Assembly: GCF_018977255.1 (NCBI RefSeq)
Contig: NW_024704743.1
Span: forward strand, 67,520,001 to 67,584,000
DNA from: Callorhinchus milii
Lineage: Eukaryota
Reading direction: 5' to 3'
DNA: 64,000 nt
Under the pieces are notes generated by a model that was not told where the DNA came from, ran no database searches, and saw only the letters and a list, made by a program, of their open reading frames with translations. Below are positions 61,211 to 64,000 of this stretch, in pieces. The position numbers and the translations under genes are program-made. The first letter of the stretch is position 1, and every line of letters begins with the position of its first letter.

Positions 61211-62139
61211 CGAGGATATCAGTCACAAAAATAGTCAAATAAATTATTTCACTGGATGGCCATGGGTTTCGAGCAATGAAAGAAAGGCAGAGGAGAAAGA
61301 AAATGTAAAATATTGACTGGGATGATTGCGAATGATATTCCTTAATAACACTTCTGAGTCTCAAATGTGGACTCCTTCTGGTAACCAGAAGTGCATCAGA
61401 CCAATATGGCAGAAATTCTGCTGTGGTACGACTTACATCTGGAAGGGAGTTCCTACAGGGTTGCAATACAATATAATACAATTTACATTATAGAGCATTT
61501 CACATCGGGACAATGTCCCAAAGTCCTTATTAAAGGTTAGATTGACAGATGTCCAGTTTACTGGAAGGAGTCAGCATTTACCTCTTGGAGTCATTATTAA
61601 GGAATCCCATCAGAAACCGTTGCATTTTAGACCCCATTAACACTGACAATGCTACTCTGGATTCATGCTTTGCACTTAGGCACAGAGGCAAAGCAACTGC
61701 TGTCACAAATCATTCTTAAATTGCTCTGAGGCAGTTAGTGCTTCTATCTGTCAAACAAATAAACTTAAGCACTCTCACTCTTTCCATCCTTCTAAACATG
61801 ATTGCACTTGCATCTGACACTCAGCATAAGGAAGGATCGAAGCACTAAGAGAATAATATACACTAACTGCAAAAGGTTTCACTGTATGCTGACTGCATTT
61901 TCTTGTTTCTGTTTTGAGAAAAAAGAAAAGTCAACATCCAGAAGGGCACATTTGTCCTATTATGTCTGATCCATAGCTAGCTGTTATTTCAAAGTCACTC
62001 ATTTTCATTATTCTTACTTTCCAGCTATAAAAAAATAGAATTTTGCTGCACAGATACAGCTCTGGATTTCAGGACACTCCCCCATGTGTCTGTGTTGTAA
62101 CAACCATCAATGGACCTCAAACTGAATGCGTGAATCAAG

Positions 62140-62282
62140 TACAGGTTTCCGCCACAGCACTGAGATTCTCCTCATCAAGGTCACCATGACATTCTCTCCA
62201 TCTGCGACCGGGGATCTCTGCTTCCTCATTCTCCTTGACATGTCTGCCGGCTCCGACATAGTCGACTACTCTATCCTTCTAC
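62140..62282 (+). mobile_element. Old L2 RT fragment
   Basis: GFRHSTE.LLIKVT...LILLDMSA..D.VDYSILL. Confidence 0.7.
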
Positions 62283-63114
62283 TCCCTGTCCCACTTTCAT
62301 GTTTCTGTTCTTTTCTAGTTTCATTCCTACCTATCCCAGTATCTTCATTGTGTCTGGCTCTTATAAATGTAAATTGCTTTGCATTGTGAAATTCAAGATG
62401 TTTAAATGCAATGAATTGCAGCACTGAATGCAAGTACTATCATTATGGTCATTTTTAATGTTGATTGTTGAGCTTTCTTTGTCTTTGGACAGAAAGAGGG
62501 AAATGTAGAGCTGCCATAATCTATATGGCAAAGTGGCTTGCAACTGCTCCTATGTTTCAGCACAGTTTAAATAATGAACAAAGTGATGGAAATGTTTCAG
62601 TCTCACCCTACAACACCCTTCAACATGTTTGAAGAATCCATTAAAATGTCACTCAATTGAATTTATTACCATTTGTGACAGACAGTAGGAGCCAGGAAAT
62701 AATTAGGATTGAACCATCTCAAAATGATTTGTACAATTAGCATTTGTTTTCTAACAATTAGCATCCGTAAAACTAAAGTTGAATTTAAAACAAGCTTTTC
62801 ATATGTCTGCTGTGTGACAAAGGCTGAATTATTTTGAATGAAAAGTAATTTGTTTTCATCATAACATAATATGATTTTACAGCTACTTACTAAACAGCGC
62901 AGCACAACTGTGTGCAATGTCGATTTCTATCCTTCAGCCTGTTGACTGAAGGTTACAAGAAGTCTCTTATTTTCATATATTTGTCTCACAACATGATTTC
63001 AACATTTAGGGGGGAAAGGGTGAGGTCTCACACCATGTTTCAACAACATTAGTGACATTTTCTAAGAATTACAGATTTAAATAAATTTCTAATATCAATT
63101 TCTTTTTTTACTTG

Positions 63115-63480
63115 AATGTTACCAGGAATGAGAGGATAGAGCTATCAAGAAAGATTGGACAAGTTGGAGCTTTTCTCTCACCAATTGAGACAATTGAGAG
63201 GGGACCTGATTAGAGGTTTAAGATTATAAAAGTATCTGACAAGATGGATATTAATAGGCTGTTTCCACTTAATAGTGAGTTCAAACCAAGGGGCCATAAA
63301 TATAAGATAGCCAGTAGCATATCAAAGAGGAACTTCAGAAGGAATTTCTTTATGCATGGTAGCCATGTGGAACGCACTGCCATAAACTGTGGTGGAATCA
63401 GAAAGCAACAACATATTTCAGAGAAAACTTGATTCATATATGAGGGAGAGGAGAAGGGTATGGGAGAAGGGATTAAGGGG
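63115..63480 (+). mobile_element. CR1 3' fragment
   Basis: LRGDLIRGL..., PRGHKYKI...RRNFF motifs. Confidence 0.8.
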
Positions 63481-64000
63481 TGAGGGTTCAGATGGAGTGC
63501 CCCAACCCACATCTGGGGACCTCGGGCATAAGCTATTGTCAACGTGTTCCTAATACTCTAAGTAAGCAGAATGTATCCCTCTGGGGAGAGAGTGTGAATT
63601 CCATTCCAGACACGGGAATTTCCGTGCGTAGGTGGCATACATGTCTCAGTCTGGTTAGTGTGGTTATGGGTTTCAGCATGTGTCAGACACTTGACTGACC
63701 AAAAAAGAGTTTAAACACCAGCATGGACTATTTGGGCTGAATGACTCGTTTCCGTATTATGTATAATATGTATATAGAATTTTATGTAATCTTTTTAGGT
63801 CACTGTTGGAGTTATCATTCTTTACATCAGATTTGAATGTTGGATGTTTCCAGGTTTCTGTCAGAAAATGGCCTGTTTCCATGCTGTAAGGTTCTATGCA
63901 AATCTATGCTTCTCAGGAGAGAACAAGCTGAAGTGTCTTTCTGAATGCCTCTGGTGCTGACATCTATTTTGCTTCCATCCACAATCCCGGTTGTAAATGC

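Overview
Vertebrate intronic DNA, most consistent with a cartilaginous fish. The repeat landscape resembles a chimaera or elephant shark genome; this is inference only. The window lies inside a large minus-strand neurexin-family gene, CNTNAP2 (Caspr2). Three exons were read by hand (53635-53741, 33615-33734, 16010-16210; 107, 120 and 201 bp). They have canonical splice sites, join in frame, and correspond to human exons 11-13 as I recall them. The intron between the last two holds a full-length, antisense-oriented, defective class I (epsilon-like) endogenous retrovirus at 23266-32751. It has 597-bp LTRs with about 8 differences, an ATGC target-site duplication, a tRNA-Gln PBS, and gag-(UGA)-pro-pol-env. 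The most striking feature is a ~165-aa 2H-phosphoesterase domain, closely resembling the CNPase catalytic domain with both HxT motifs intact, in frame between protease and reverse transcriptase in Pol. The rest is a dense mosaic of L2 and CR1 LINE fragments and of young and old SINEs sharing an L2-type 3' stem-loop. There is also an R4/Dong-like remnant, a Penelope-like inverted repeat with hammerhead-ribozyme-like cores, a probable non-autonomous Helitron and an 18-bp minisatellite. No rRNA, genuine tRNA or CRISPR array is supported. Boundaries of old repeats are approximate, and all family assignments come from recalled motifs, not database searches.
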